DNA of 64,000 nucleotides. It comes from an uncultured Methanomassiliicoccales archaeon (lineage in GTDB: Archaea; Thermoplasmatota; Thermoplasmata; Methanomassiliicoccales; UBA472). How positions within the stretch are numbered: the first letter of the stretch is position 1; each line of letters starts with the position of its first letter. Positions 63,609 through 64,000 of the stretch are shown piece by piece. Under the pieces are notes generated by a model. That model had not been told where the DNA came from. It made no database searches and saw nothing but the letters and a program-made list of their open reading frames with translations. The translations under genes and the position numbers were made by a program. Location of the stretch: NCBI GenBank assembly GCA_963695345.1, contig OY968769.1:2048001-2112000 (forward strand). Reading direction: 5' to 3'.

Positions 63609-64000
63609 TCACTTGCATCCTCTGCGGACGTTACAGGCCAGATATTCTTCCCTGGGAAGGAATGGGAACATGTCGTCGTAAGGCATGGACCTCATGGTTC
63701 CATCCTCCAGCTTCTTCGATGCGATCCTCGGGATCAGTATCTGGTTCGGCGGGTTCATGACCTCGATGATCATCGGTCCATCCTCGGTGAACATCGGCAT
63801 TATGGACGATTCAAGGTCATCAGTGGCCTCTATCCGCATATACTTCAATCCGTAGGCATCAGCCAGCTTAGACAGGTCGGGGAAGCTCACGCCATTGGAC
63901 TCGTCCGTCCCAATATGGCGGCCTCCCTGGAAGTTGTTCTGCGTCAATCGGATCAGGAGGTATCCGTTGTTATTCAGGACGATCAATTTGATGGGAAGCT
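63609..64000 (-). CDS. Thiamine-diphosphate-dependent enzyme (acetolactate synthase-like / YerE-like), C-terminal part, partial
   Basis: LPIKLIVLNNNGY (end of the ThDP motif), GVSFPD..KLA.AYG, DG.M.S.P..DMFPFLPREE. Confidence 0.85.
   Translation of the reverse strand, partial: LPIKLIVLNNNGYLLIRLTQNNFQGGRHIGTDESNGVSFPDLSKLADAYGLKYMRIEATDDLESSIMPMFTEDGPMIIEVMNPPNQILIPRIASKKLEDGTMRSMPYDDMFPFLPREEYLACNVRRGCK

Overview
Archaeal chromosomal window, most likely Thermoplasmata and probably Methanomassiliicoccales. This is inferred from the gene set (egsA, archaeal HMG-CoA synthase/thiolase/DUF35 operon, Hel308, membrane LonB, Cgi121, KaiC/RAD55 ATPases, HdrA/MvhD domains, ActP), not from a database search. 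Positions 1-176 hold the N-terminus of a TnpB-like protein that the ORF track misses. About 0.5-37.8 kb is mostly GC-rich housekeeping DNA. It contains several single-base insertions that look like assembly errors, and several unusual proteins: a thiolase missing three catalytic residues, a 1444-aa cytoplasmic helical-repeat rod, an orphan archaellin, a flavin-less HdrA-ferredoxin-MvhD fusion, and a USP-DUF485 fusion upstream of actP. About 37.9-64 kb is a surface-glycan island with dTDP-rhamnose and GDP-fucose genes, a Wzx flippase, several GT2/GT4 enzymes and three GT-C-type membrane proteins. It ends in a ThDP enzyme + DmpF + DmpG + SDR + RfbV-like GT operon that looks like an acyl-branched higher-carbon sugar (yersiniose/erwiniose-type) pathway in an archaeon. 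No tRNA, rRNA or CRISPR array was seen.
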